Source: Tubiluchus corallicola
Taxonomy: Eukaryota; Animalia; Priapulida
Length of the DNA: 64,000 nucleotides
Reading direction: 5' to 3'
Assembly (NCBI GenBank): GCA_030141605.1
Contig: JAQGDQ010000506.1
Location: 1 to 64,000, forward strand
Below, piece after piece: positions 50,627-64,000 of the stretch (the first letter of the stretch is position 1; the number at the start of each line of letters is the position of its first letter). The notes beneath the pieces are model-generated. The model worked only from the letters and a program-made list of their open reading frames with translations. It had not been told where the DNA came from and did not search any database. Position numbers and translations under genes: made by a program.

Positions 50627-53600
50627 TTGATAGATAATACAAGCACCTACCAAGAATTTAAAGTATTCTTTAAAGATTTCTAACTTTGTTATCGTTTTAC
50701 TAGGTGGCGATATGTCATCTATTCTACAGAAAGTTAAAGTTCCAGTAATTTCTAACAGCGACTGCAGCGCTGCTTATTCAAGATTTGGGCGGACTATTTT
50801 TGACAGCATGATATGTGCTGGAGATGTGGAGAATGGTGGCATCGACTCTTGACAAGTTAGTCAATATTCTACCAAACATTATCAATAACTGCCAAAATAA
50901 TAGTGGATATTAATAATATTACAATTTTATTTAAATTTTCAGTTGCTGTTTTCGTTGTCGTTCTTAATTATTATTCGCTGTAGCTGTTCTTATGATGCCG
51001 TTATTGACGAAAAAATGTTCATATTTCAAAAGTTTAACAAGCATGGCTATTTATTATTGTTGTTATCCTATAAAGATTGTTGCTGCTTTTGAAAGCTGTT
51101 GCTGTACAAATTTTTACTGTTGCAGAGATGAAACTGCAGAACAATAGATTTGTAGATTTGCAAAGATATGTTCCTTTATTTCTATATAAGGGGTCTCTGG
51201 TAAAAATATATTTTGTGATTGATTTAAGTAAGACCGGATGATTGTTTAGACTCATCTTATTTTAATTAAGTGTCCAAAATACATTTTCTTGCTAAATAAA
51301 AGTTAATAATTAGTTAATTAACGACAACCGAACACAGCTATTGCTTACGTAAGAAACTAACTACAGTTTGCGTCAGGCACATTTGCATAGGTGTTACAGT
51401 AGCTTTGAAAGTTTAACGAAATTTGAGTATCCGAGGTAATTATTATTTAATCTAAGCTTTGATTTACAATAATCTATTGTAGTTTTCAATATTTTAGAGC
51501 ATTCTTTATTCTGAACTCGTGTTTACACAATCATCCGGTTTTCCTTTAAATGTGTCTTGTAGTAAGTCTGTCATCTTTGTAAGGATAGCTCAATAAACAA
51601 TCTATATGTTCGAATATTTGTAAGAAAAGACTTCAAAGTGGGTTAGAAAAATGTTACTGCGACAAATAACAGGCTGAAATTTGATTTGTCGAAGATCTTC
51701 TCTGTTAAAGTGAAAACTGTTCCACAGTAAAGCCAGTTTGCCGCTCTAATAGAATTTAACTACTGTCTTTAGCTCTTTTTCTTGTATACAAGTAAAAAAT
51801 AGCAAGTTGAGTTAGGAACTGGCCGTAAGAATTAACAAATAACTTTTCAAAACGGCAGCATAAATATGAAAAACATAAATATTGAAAAACAAACACTAGT
51901 ACTCACGTCATATCAACATAAATTTGAAGGTCACGTGCTAAACATCCAAAAACTAAATTAATAAAACTAAAGAAACATTTTATTCACAATTTTGCTTCAA
52001 TCAACGTTAAAATCTTAGACCAACTAAAGGGGATGAATCGCATGGGAAAACTTAGCTTGTCTTATTAAAGTTGAAATGTTACTTTGAGTAAAATTTAGGA
52101 GTTACGTTTATGAGCTGTGTCGTATAGTGGTAGTACTTGTTGGTGGATTATTGAGGAGGCCGCAGCCGTTTATTGACGTGAGGTGATGACAAAGCTATAA
52201 GATCTGGATTGATGAGCGACTAACACATTTATTTCACAATAATATATTACATGGTAAAATACATATCATAGCTCTGCCAGACCGCCCATGACCTGTTCTT
52301 GCTTCCTCGAGATCCCCCGTGATCTAACCGTCTCATTCCACTTGGCTTCCTTCAGCTTTTTGGACTCACAGCGCATGCGTTATAATTGTTGCCAGTCTGA
52401 CAATTCAGACGGGCAATGTCCATATTTGGAACTCTCAGTCACATGACAGCCGCACCTAAAATCATGGCTTCATTTCTACATATCTCTCATATCCCCTTTA
52501 TAGAGTCATTTCATTACTGAACTACTAATACTAATCATACAATTATCATCTTCTCTTTACTCTTTGCTTAAATACAGCTAAATTGTAACGACTTCAGAAC
52601 TAACAAGTCAGCTTAGATATAGACTGTTTAAAAGCAATACACGTGAAGCTGTGGGCATATAATGTTTGGGGCGCCGAGAATAGGAAAAAATGCAATTTTA
52701 CATTTCTTGAACATATTTACTGTAATATTTTAAGCATAACGGTTTAGTAGTGTACTTGATGGATACTATGGCTAGTAAGAACAGCATAGCTCTAAAAATT
52801 AGTTTGGAGAAAGAAGGTCAATGGATTAGGTTTACATATCATAGTTTTAGTTTTTTGAGAGGTGATTGTATTCTCATTTTTGTAGGAGTGTAATTATAAT
52901 CATAAAAGAGTTTGTATTGATGGAGAGAAATTTTGTATATGTATAGTTATAATATTTTTCAAGGAATATGTTATGAAAGGAGTAAGGAAGACAAAAAACA
53001 AGATTTTGGAGTCGTCAGGATGAACTTGAGAGTCGAGTGTCATCTGCTGAACTCAGTTACTTATTTTAACTGTAATGTTTTTAGCACAACCGTTTATTAG
53101 TGTACTTGATGAATTCTTATGCTAACATCTATTGCAAACATTCTTAATAGCGAATCTGTATCATAGCGCCATCTGATGAAAATAAATGGAGATTTCTGCG
53201 CTCTAGAGACTGATGATTCTTGAAAACTGAAAAATAATAATTGTTACAATTAAGTGCTGTAGTAAAGAGGACCTGTTAAACTATGTTGAAAGCATTAGAT
53301 TAAGATAGATAATTAGGTTGAGGAATGCTGGCATGAAGCCGATTAAGGAATTGTGTCACGTGACTAAGTGATTCAGAATCGAGCTCCGCGCAGGATATAT
53401 AAGCCGTGCGATGCGCCCAGCTCGTGGGATTGATATTAGATTGAGTCTGGGAGCCAGAACAGAGAGGCTAGATCAGGGGCTTGGCATTACGATCTATTAT
53501 ATTTATTGTGTTTGATGTTTAATAAACGTGTAGTTTTATAATCAGACTCTTCATAGTTTTGCCATTCCTAAAGCACCAATTATCAGCTATACACAACCAG

Positions 53601-53638
53601 TACAACAAATTATTTTTACTGTTGTTAATTATGACTTC

Positions 53639-53758
<120 letters not shown>

Positions 53759-53811
53759 ATAATGATTAAAACTAAGTGTTGTTAATTATGACGTATTATC
53801 ATTATCATTAA

Positions 53812-53964
<153 letters not shown>

Positions 53965-55828
53965 TAACCCTGCTCTTGTGTGTGTAAACATGACTGCAAA
54001 TTAGGGGAGTATCCAGATGCGTACGCTGAAATGAACTTACCTTAAGCTAACAAAAGCGTAAAATATCACTCTTTACTACTGATATGGCTTTAATTTTTGA
54101 TGGCATCATTATTCGTCACTTCTATAATTCTACAATACCTTTGTATTTGTTTACTAATATGGTAATACTACTTACTTAGCAGTTGTAGTATTGAAAAAAT
54201 GCTAGTTGCTATGGGCTTTGCATGATCAAATTGAAGTTATGTTTATATCCAGTGTATGTGCTTGTTAATTCGTTAGTTAAGTCAGGCGTCATCCTGCCAA
54301 CGTTACTGCACTTCTTTGAAAAATTGGATAATAATTATGTGATCATATCATTTTGCATTTTGTGCAGCTATCACCTTTATTTGTTCCTTAACAATATTTG
54401 TTTAGTTTTTCAGTAATTTTTTTCTAAGAAAATTGTAAAACATCAATATTCTTGTTCTTGAAAATGTATGCATTTTTGTGCATTAGAATAGGATGATGAA
54501 ATCTCCACAGAACAGAGTCCTAGATATAACTGAAAAAAGTGTTTGCATAGAATAAATGAAATAGGCCCATAGACGGATACTGTAATAAGAAACTGATATC
54601 TGAAAGCATTAAAAGATGCATATCGAACTGCGCATAAAAATGTCTAAAAGAGAACGTGGAAACAGAAAAATTATTTTCATAATTTGGTAAATGCATTTGC
54701 TGTAATTTATCTTTAAAAATCGATTCATGCATAAAATTGTTGACCTTTTATAGCTAATGTCACAGTAGTTTGTCTGCATAAATTATGTATAATTTCTTAT
54801 AATTTTTGCTACCATATATACAGAGTTTTCAGTGTAATTCAGTTTGTTACCTTGACATGTTTCATCTACTGGTTACCTTTTCCAACAGAGATCATTGGAT
54901 ATTATAAATGTTCGAAAGCTGAGGGCGAATTATTTAAGTTAACTGGAAAATAAAGCAATTATATAATTTATGTATGGATGACAATTAGGTGTTTGACTTT
55001 TTTATTTAAAATCACTATTTAAAATGGCTTTCCTTTACTCCTCCCTTCATAATAAAGAAAGTTCTCCGTGGTAGGGCTGGTTAACTCTGAACCAAAATAA
55101 TTTACTAATGCGTATATACTACATAAATAAATATTAAATACGCAAAGTTATATATTTAATTCGACAAAGTGCTTATCATATATGGTTAGATACACAGGAT
55201 TAACTGTTTTACTTCGACAACACGGTAAATCATAACACGTATAGAAACGAAACGTATACGTATGTGGTGCCATCTGTTGCACCTTGACATAACTAATTAT
55301 CGTAGGACTGAATACGCCAGTTTCAAAATATTATAAACTGAAAATATGTTAGGTTTTAAAATATCACACAATGACTATGCAATGTCGATGGCTAACGATT
55401 ATACAAACAATTATGCGTAAAACAAACAACTGATACTAATTATATTAAGCTAGATTGTAATGGATTCAAAATATAAAGTATTTTGCACTGAACAAGTCAC
55501 ACCATTGATCGAGGAAAATTTCCATCCTAAAATACTGTAATTAGCATGCTTGTTTAAAATAAAATTCCACTAATTGATTAATAGTTTAATTCGTGTAAAA
55601 TAAAATTTATCTGGTAAAATTTATCTCATTAACATTGGTCTTTAACATGTTTAATGTGTTTAAAGTGATCACGTGATCACAGAGATATGACGTCGATCCA
55701 GACTTGATCAGCCTTGTTGCCTTGGTGATGTCCTGCTTGACTCTGGCTTAGGCTCAGGTTAAAGGTGAATACGATGCTGCTGCATAAAATTCTTCTGGCG
55801 TGACTAAACTTTTATCTCTTCCAAACAG

Positions 55829-58169
55829 AGAAAAAACCTGATATTAGTTTCGAAGTTATTAATAGATTGTGGTGCGAATGTAAATAAGGTTGATAAATAT
55901 GGATGTTCTCCACTTTCTGCTGTCTTTGTGAAATTTGACACACACAGTGAAATGATTGTAAAGTTATTAATTGATAAGGGTGCCAGTGTAAATCAGGTTA
56001 ATAAATCTGGAGATTCTCCACTAGGTGAGGCAGTCGTTCGATCTAACAAAGCGATTGTGAAGTTGATAATGGTGCCAATGTACATCAGGTTAATAAATCT
56101 GGAGATTCTCCACTAACTATGGCGTTCAAATAATGCAGTGCAGAGATTGAGAAGTTATTAATTGATAATGGTGCCGATGTAAACCATGTTGATGGACATG
56201 GGAATTCTCCACTAGGTAAAGCAGTCAAACGATCTAATGAAGAGATTGTTAAGTTATTAATTGATAATGGTGCCAATGTAAATCAGGTTGATAAATATGG
56301 AATTTCTCCACTAGGTGAGGCATTCAGGCGATTCAACCAAGCGATTGTGAAGTTATTAACTCATAATGGTGCCAATGTAAACCACGTTGAAAGATTTGGA
56401 GATTCTCCACTAGCTCTGGGATTCAAAAAACGCAGTGAGGTGATTGTGAAGTTATTAATTAATAGTGGTGCCACTGAAAATTTCAACAAATTGTTACATG
56501 AGATCCAAGAAAAATCACATTATATACTAAAAGATTTCATTGAGGGATCTAAACCTCTTATGAATAAAAACAATGATATTCTGAGGTTACAAGCACGAAC
56601 ACAGTTGTTCATACGCAAAAGTGCGGATTTTAATAATGCAGATGGGTGTGGAACATCAGTGGAATATGCATTTCTCAATTTTCTTCTTCTAATGGCACTG
56701 TTTTTAAATGGCCAGAGAAACAAAAATGTGCTTTTTGCGGTTTATGCCGTTTTGAAGACAATACTAGAACTATTATTACATAACAAATTTGAAGATGTAG
56801 CTGATAAGAGTCACTCTCTTCTTCACCAACTTTGTTATTCACTTGAAACAGCAGCATCTGTAGTATTTAAGACAGACACCTGTAGGATTCAGGAAAGCAC
56901 AGAAGTTCTACCACCAACAGAGTTAGCATTTGATTTCTATTTGGAAATGTTGGCACAATTAATTATTACACACGCAGATGATGAAAGGCATTCTTCACCA
57001 TATTTGATTCTTCAAAGCACTCAGGACATAATAGCAAAGTTACTCACCGATAAAGGTGTCGATGTATTTGATGAAAACAAAAAAGACGAATATTTGTTGT
57101 AATCACAAGATGCTCAAAGTTATGAAACAAAAGCAAATAAATTAAAAACTGAAAATGGTTTCTTTATCACTGCGGGGTTTCACCAAGCTGAATATAAGTC
57201 TTTGCATTCAACATTTTGCCTTTCACTTAAGATAATAATGTTGATGTTCTTTGACAAAGTGGCAGGAGAAAATCTTTGTGACGTGAATGGGAAATCGCTG
57301 CAGGATTTTGCAGTTAGTTTTTACTTTAAAGTAAAAATTTTTCTGGCTAACCAGGATGAAGACCAGAGGGGTAACGTAAAGTGTTTTTTCAGTTCTGAAA
57401 GTAAAACACAAGCAAAATTGCCAAGTCAAATAAGAGAAAACAGTGAAAGAATCCTAAGTCAGGCATCTCAGCATTCACTAGATGAAAATACACGTCATGG
57501 AGTGAGCAGTAAAGAAGAGAAAACAGGCATATTTGCAGCTCTGCTTCAACAAGCCAATCTTTTGAACTTCTTACTCAATAAAAGGGCGCGTTTTGTTGAC
57601 GTTTTAACTCTGCACACTGTACACAGTCCAGTTATGAATGTATTAACTCTGCGCACTGTACACAGTCCAGTTATGAATGTATTAACTCTGCTCAGCAAGA
57701 ATGACAATAGAAGAATACCGAATTGGCAAGACCTGTATGGCTCTCTGGGAGTTTTATTAAAAAACCAACGGGGTCTCGATACTAATCAATTTAGTTACCA
57801 GTGACGGAAAAACTGCTTTCAGCTTTCTTTTTAGGCAACTCCTTCAGTACACAAAGAGTAACCGGAGTTTTTGTAATTCTGTGTTGATGCAAATTTACAA
57901 GTTGTTCCTGGAACATGGCTTGCACCCTGATGCTGAAGGACATAAGGGAATGACTAACTATGAGATGCTGAAAGAACTCATGCACCATTTTGGTTCACTT
58001 AGCGATCTAACTAAAATCAGGAGCGACATTATAAATGAAATGGAGACTCGAGCTGAAATGTTGTTGTGCAAGAATCATAGCTGCTAATAATGTTGATTAC
58101 AGGAGTCTTCCCAGTAGTTTGAAAAGTTTTGTGGGGATTCATCAGAAACGTTCTCTATTCGGATTCTGA
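55829..58169 (+). pseudogene. Ankyrin-repeat, FEM1-like protein with a C-terminal VHL/BC-box-like motif; disrupted
   Basis: About 6-7 repeats of IVKLLIDNGANVNQVDKYGxSPL; stops at 56131 and 57100 plus frameshifts; C-terminal LEHGLHPDAEGHKGMT and ELKCCCARIIAANNVDYRSLPSSLKSFVGIH resemble the FEM1 C-terminus. Confidence 0.7.
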
Positions 58170-59249
58170 TTCAGATTGGTTTTATATTTTAGTTTCATTA
58201 TGCTTCTCTACCTGGTTATCGTAACAAAACAGAGCCGTTATCACTTAAGCAGACTCATTGTCAACAGTGATGCAAATTGTACATGAAGTCTAATAGTAAC
58301 AGGAGACACTCCCATGTGATTTCTAGCCACCATAAGTAGTTCAATGAAGATTAGTGGTAAGGTAGGAAAAGCTAGAATGATTGCATAAAAGCTACTGATA
58401 AATACTGTACTGTCATTTACTTATGCCCCACTTTTATGTATATATTATCAATATTTCAAATATTAATCTTTTTTTTTAAGATTTCCACGTATAGTTTAGC
58501 CTGTCAAGCTATGCTTTTAGGCTCAAACTGTATGCATCAAAATTATTCTGTAATGTAATTTGCACATGTATATGCTGCATTTTGTAATTTCTCTAAAAAA
58601 TTTCTCTCTATGCATAAGTAACAAATAATTTATAATTTTACTTGGTGTCGTGAATATTTGTAAGTGATTAGTGTAAAATTACCTGTATGTAATTTACATA
58701 TGTGAACATTAATTGATTTTACCGATTATACTATAGTTAGCAAAAATTCAGAATCTCGGTGCTGCGGAAGTAAAAAACTAATATTTTTAAATATTAAAAC
58801 TAAAGTTACAGTTAAAATTACAGTTACTTGCTAAATAGTTTTGAAAGCCATATTTAGCAGAATGTTGAACTTGAAAAGTTTTTGCAATATTGTATTGAAT
58901 GTATAATTTATTGAATTATATTATTAATATTAATGTATATTAATGTATTAATATAATGTATAATCTAAATTCAAATGTATTGAATTAGACTTCACTAGGT
59001 AACTCCAGATGTGTAGATTTGTACCTATATGAGGTAGAATAAAAAGTTAGAACCTGCCTTAATCACAAAGAATTGAATTAATAAGTGTAATGTTGTAATC
59101 TCTAGGTATCTTGTTTGAATCCAAACTGAGCTCTATGTTTTTAACAACATCCTTGATTAATGAGTTTTTAATTATATATGCTGTTCAACCCACTTCTAGA
59201 CATACTTCTACCGACCTAGTGGCATTATGTATAATGTATGCATGTATAC

Positions 59250-59880
59250 ATTAGTATGAATCTGTACAATGCAATGCAATATAATCTGAAGTAATTACAC
59301 TATGTAGAGCGTTAGTATCAACCTGTAAAATGTAATGCAGTGTAATCTCATGTAACTGCGTTGTGTGTACAGCATTGGCATGAACCAGTGCACTGTAATG
59401 CAGTGTAATTTCACGTACTTGTACTGTATAAACCAATAGTATGAACCTGTACAATGTAATGGAGTGTAATTTTACGTATTCACACTAAATAACGCATTAG
59501 TACGAATCAGTACAATGTAATGCAGTGCAATGTCACGTAATTGCACGATGTAGGCAATTAGTAGGTATCAGTAGAATACAATGCGTGTAATTTCGCGTAT
59601 TTGCACTGTGTCGAGCAATAGTATGAATCAGTACAATGTAATGCAATATAATCTTATGTAATTGCACTGTACAGAACGTTTGTATGAATCAGTACAATAT
59701 GATACAGTGTAATCTTACGTTATTGCACTGTATAGAGCATTTGTAGGTATCAGTAGAATTCAATGCAGTGTAATTTCGCGTATTTGCACTGTATAAAGCA
59801 ACAGTATGAACCAGTACAATGTAATGCAGTGTAATTTCACGTAATTGCACTGTGTGGAGCATTGGTAGGGATCAGTACGC
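59250..59880. repeat. Degenerate ~60-bp tandem repeat
   Basis: Recurrent agtatgaatcagtacaatgtaatgcagtgtaatttcacgtaattgcactgt. Confidence 0.85.
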
Positions 59881-60034
59881 TAACGCCTTTTTGTCCTGCT
59901 TTTTGGTACAATCAGCGTCTTCTGTTAAAAATGCCATTTTCAAAGTGAATCGTTGTGAATTAGATTTTTAAATAATTAAATAATCATTGCGTTTATTTCT
60001 CTTTCTTAGACACAATTTAATTATGTATATAAAT

Positions 60035-60376
60035 TTACTCACTCACTCACCTACTTACTTACCTATCTATATCTATTCGTCCACCCAACTACTTTCCTAC
60101 CTACCTAGTTACTTGCCTACCTGCGTGCTCTATGTCTGCCTGTCTACCTACCTTGCTACATGCCTACCTACCTACTTCCTTGCCTACGGGCGTGCCTACC
60201 TACCTTGTCAGCTATATGACTACCTGCGTGCTGTCTGCTTGCCTCGCAACCTACCTTGCCACCTACCTAACTACCTGCCTGCCTGCCTGCCTACCTGTGT
60301 GCCCACCTACCTTGCCAACTACCTACCTACCTAACTACTTAACTACCTGTCTACCTGCCTGCCTGCTTGCCTACTT
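60035..60376. repeat. Degenerate (CCTA/CCTG)n repeat
   Basis: Seen directly. Confidence 0.85.
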
Positions 60377-62238
60377 AAGTTTTGTTTACTTTCACGTTTA
60401 GTAGGCCTAAAATAATTCTTTGTAGTTACTAGTTATGACAGTTAAAATATATTTTTTACTTAATGCAATTGCATTATACATTGGATTTTTGCTGTTGGCA
60501 AGCCCAGATCTTCATCAGAAAGAGCCATCTACTGGATTTAAACATAACCTCAATGTGTTCTTGCAAAGTCCATAGCAACCAACATTTGTGCGGTTACGTT
60601 GCATTTCGGAAGAAAAAAAGTTACAAAACAACGCTGGTAGAGTACGCCACATGCTGGCACCAACAGATGTTGGAAAATGGCGCACATTGAGGAAATTCAC
60701 CCGAAGCTCTTTTGAACTTTCGTGTAAGTTCACAATTTGGTTCTTTCTTTGTGAAGAGATTTCCTTTTAGGTTGTGGCACAGCAGTAGATAAAAATATTA
60801 CTGTCTGCTAACTTACAAATGAAAATATTTCATGAAATCATTCAATCTTAGTCAATTCTCGCAATGGTAACAGTAAGTTGTTATAAATATGAAATATGTT
60901 TATCTTTTCTTTACATCAGTGTGCAGATAAAGGATGCATCTTTCTGCTTTCAGCGGTATTTCTCATTTAGGTGATGTGAAAGTGCTTTAAAAAAGAACCA
61001 CCTAAACTGCAATCTACCCTTACAGAAAAACACAGGTGGCGCTCTTTTAGAATTCAAGTCCCACTTGACTTACGCTGAGTGATTGCCGATTTTGATATAA
61101 TTGCTCAGCACAATATGACATTCTGCTCTGCGCATATGATACGATGATTCATCAGCCCGAGTTTCACTTATGGTGGAATAAGTTTATGAAATAATACTAT
61201 TAATAGAATATAAACATCCATTAAGTTTAGCATTTGTAACAAAAATTGACATTAGACCCAGTTTTTGATGCATTCTGTCGCATCAAATGCATTTTAACCC
61301 GAATAAATAATGAAATTACTGCAAGCGGTGTTAAGAATTTTTGTTTTGAGAAATGTGTTCATGCTGAAATAGCTAAGTAATTTTTCATAACAACAATTAT
61401 TATTATTATTCGGCATTATTATTAATAACTAAGCGCGTAACAGTTATCTTAATTTTCACAGCCAGCCATCATTTTAATAAACGTTTCATTTACGTAACTT
61501 TGAAGACTTCATATCTAATTTTTAATGTTAAGCTCCCAGTCATTTTTAAGCCACCCGCATTGTCTTGCACAGCAGCTTATTTACATTAAACTTTAGCCGA
61601 GAGGTGGACTGATTACATACAATATAATACATAATAAGTAAATTTACATTAATGGAAGCGACGGAAAAAAACGTTAAAATGCAAATTTTTCCTGACAAAT
61701 TTTAGTCGACGTGGGCTGGATACAAATTAAAACAATTATATCGCAAATTAATTTAAGCTAAGAAAGAAAACGGGAAAATACTTTCACAAATTATTGCTAG
61801 TCTGGAAAAAACAGCTAATGCAAAATCCTCCATGATTTGTAGTAGCAATATGAAAAGTCTTTGCAGATGCACCGCAGCTGTAAGAGTGGCTCGTACTATA
61901 ATTTCTGTTTCTTATTACGGCTTCTACGTTCAAAAATGTCATGAAAACGCGATTCGGCGCATTAGATGTAAACATTAAAGTGCACACCAAACAGAATAAA
62001 AAATATAAATAATTATTATGAAACTTTTAATAACCTTCTTGAGGGGAAGTGCGGACATTCGTTAATGGTGAAATACATGTAGTTCTAAAATGTCTCATTT
62101 ATCTAAAATAAAAAAATTATTATCAAATTTATCTTTATCTATAATGTAAAAGCTAATTAATTTACATATTTATTTACAGACAAAATTTTAAAATATTGTA
62201 AATATTCGTGCAGGACCAGTATGTAATCTAAACATTGC

Positions 62239-62604
62239 CTGAGCAAATAGTTCCTGTAGCATTTGATTCAGTCACATCAACTGCGTCTCCAATGCACTGA
62301 CAAGTAAAACTTCCATCAATCATTGATTCACAATCATGAGTTTGGTTACTAGCATCGCATTCATTCACTTCTGCAAATGCAATTTTTTGAGTTTTGAAAA
62401 TTGCAAACTGCTGTTCAGCAATTTTAAAACCAGCTGTTTACCTGAATCTTTTACCTGAGCAAATAAACCCTGTAGCATTTGATTTGCTGATATCAATTGC
62501 TCCACTGATACACTGACAAATGAAACTTCCATCAGTATTTGTGCTGTTTGTAAGGATTGGATCTCAGTCATTAATTGTATTATTTGCATCACATTCATTC
62601 ACGT
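62239..62604 (-). pseudogene. Two degenerate calcium-binding EGF-like exons (62455-62604 and 62239-62370)
   Basis: DVNECDANNTIND*DPILTNSTNTDGSFICQC..GFICS (TGA at 62564-62566) and EVNECDASNQTHDCESMIDGSFTCQC..GTICS (one Cys missing, GC donor); phase-1 exons; weak CUB-like peptides nearby (61784-61990, 63478-63603). Confidence 0.7.
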
Positions 62605-62801
62605 CTGCAAAATACAATTTGCCAAAGTATTATAAATATAACGTACTATTTAAAAACTGTAACTGTGTAGCTGTATTTTTATTGTGTTGATGATATTCCT
62701 AATTCTATTGCAGTAAAAAAATATAGAGCAATATTCAAATTTATAATGAATATTTTAATCTTTAGTGAAACTAATCTTGCCAGGTGTTGCATTTACAAGT
62801 A

Positions 62802-63254
62802 CAGTGTTCCCTCACTTATTGCGGTTGTTCCATTCCTGGCCCATCAGCGATAAGTGAATTTCCGCGAAGTAGGGAGGCTATACTTATTTTATGCTTATTC
62901 TATAATCAACCAATCGTGTGTTGTGTACAATCTCACGTCGACAAGTAGCATCTCAAGCGGGCGCAAGTACTACACTTCATTTTTGGTATGTATTCATCCG
63001 CCGAATAAATACACTATTTACTGTAAATGGTAATTTTTTTATGATTTAGAATATTCTCTTAATGTTAAAATTAATATTTTTAATATATTTTTATACATTT
63101 TGTGATTTTTTTACGCAAAATTTAACCAAATCTCTACTTTCTGTACAAATCATACTACGAATGTGCAAAAATATTTTAGACGGAGTACCGAAAAAACCCA
63201 CGAAACGGCGAAACTACTGCGATAAACGAACCGGGAAGTAGCGAGGGAACACTG
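62802..63254. mobile_element. Tc1/pogo(Tigger)-type MITE
   Basis: TA|CAGTGTTCCCTC ... GAGGGAACACTG|TA. Confidence 0.8.
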
Positions 63255-64000
63255 TAAGGGTGCTTCTCTGAATGTTGTTTTCCTTTGTTTACCTTCCTTC
63301 TGCTTGTGCAACAATACAAAATCTTTTGCTGGCTATGCTGTACTCACACATATGTACATTTTCTGTTTCTTCTCTTTCTTCCAGTAAACTAGAATTCTTT
63401 GTCTAAACTAACAAAGTTACATATCAGAATTCGCTTCCACATGAACTGATGCAATTTCCTTATAGAGAAAGTGGTACGTGTGAGATAAAGCTGGCGGTAA
63501 ATCCATGTTCGTGACCCTGTGGTGGAGAAAGTGGGATGGATCGAATTGTTATGTATAACATAAAAGATCGAGTGGGTACAACTGAAGTTACTTTAGTGAT
63601 TTGTAGTACATACAAGTAACACATAAACAACACATTGCATGATTCCTTGTAGGCTATAAACATTCTGTATAGATCACTAGGAAGTTCTAATCGTTTTTAT
63701 TGTTATAAACCATTCACAATCATCCACAAGCAAAATGTGATTTTATAGTGTTTGTTTGAAAATGAATAAACACTTCTGTAGCTCTATTCACGGTAATAAC
63801 ATGTGAAAGGTTGAGAAATAGGTAAAGAAGAAGGGCCAAAAATTTTACTGGAAATGATTCATTTATTTGCTGCAGTGAACAGATAGGATATCCTGCTGTT
63901 TGCTACAATCAGTGTCTTCAGTTAAAAATGCCATTTTAAAAGTGAATCATTGTTAATTAAATTTTTAATAATTAAATAATCATTGCGTTTATTTCTCTTT

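Noticed and set aside
52118-52448. Possible solo LTR (TG...CA)
   Set aside because: No TSD or second copy recognisable
53985-54040. Peptide HDCKLGEYPDAYAEM as the relic of a third protease domain
   Set aside because: Too short and divergent to support

Overview
AT-rich, intron-rich metazoan (invertebrate-like) genomic DNA. Left half (5.2-31.4 kb, +): the 3' part of a multi-exon gene built from a 5-exon cassette repeated three times. It encodes about 12 WSC-type Cys-rich domains and ends in a hydrophobic tail. Its introns hold MITEs, LINE/SINE fragments and minisatellites of 62, 27, 67 and 43 bp. At 33.7-35.6 kb (-) are four 3' exons of a TTLL4-like tubulin glutamylase. The most unusual feature is a GC-rich island at 37.4-40.7 kb: a near-perfect palindrome (arms about 1.37 kb, 238-bp spacer) in which each arm carries an intronless, divergent TATA-binding-protein (TBP)-fold ORF. 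A nuclease-like ORF fragment overlaps it, and the right end terminates in ACTACT, the canonical Maverick/Polinton terminus. It is interpreted as an internally deleted Maverick-like element carrying its own TBP inside its inverted repeats. Right half: a tandem two-domain S1 serine protease gene with a Thr-rich linker and in-frame stops (42-54 kb, +), a disrupted FEM1-like ankyrin gene (55.8-58.2 kb, +), and degenerate EGF/CUB exons (61.8-63.6 kb, -). All calls come from manual translation and motif recognition; no database searches were run.
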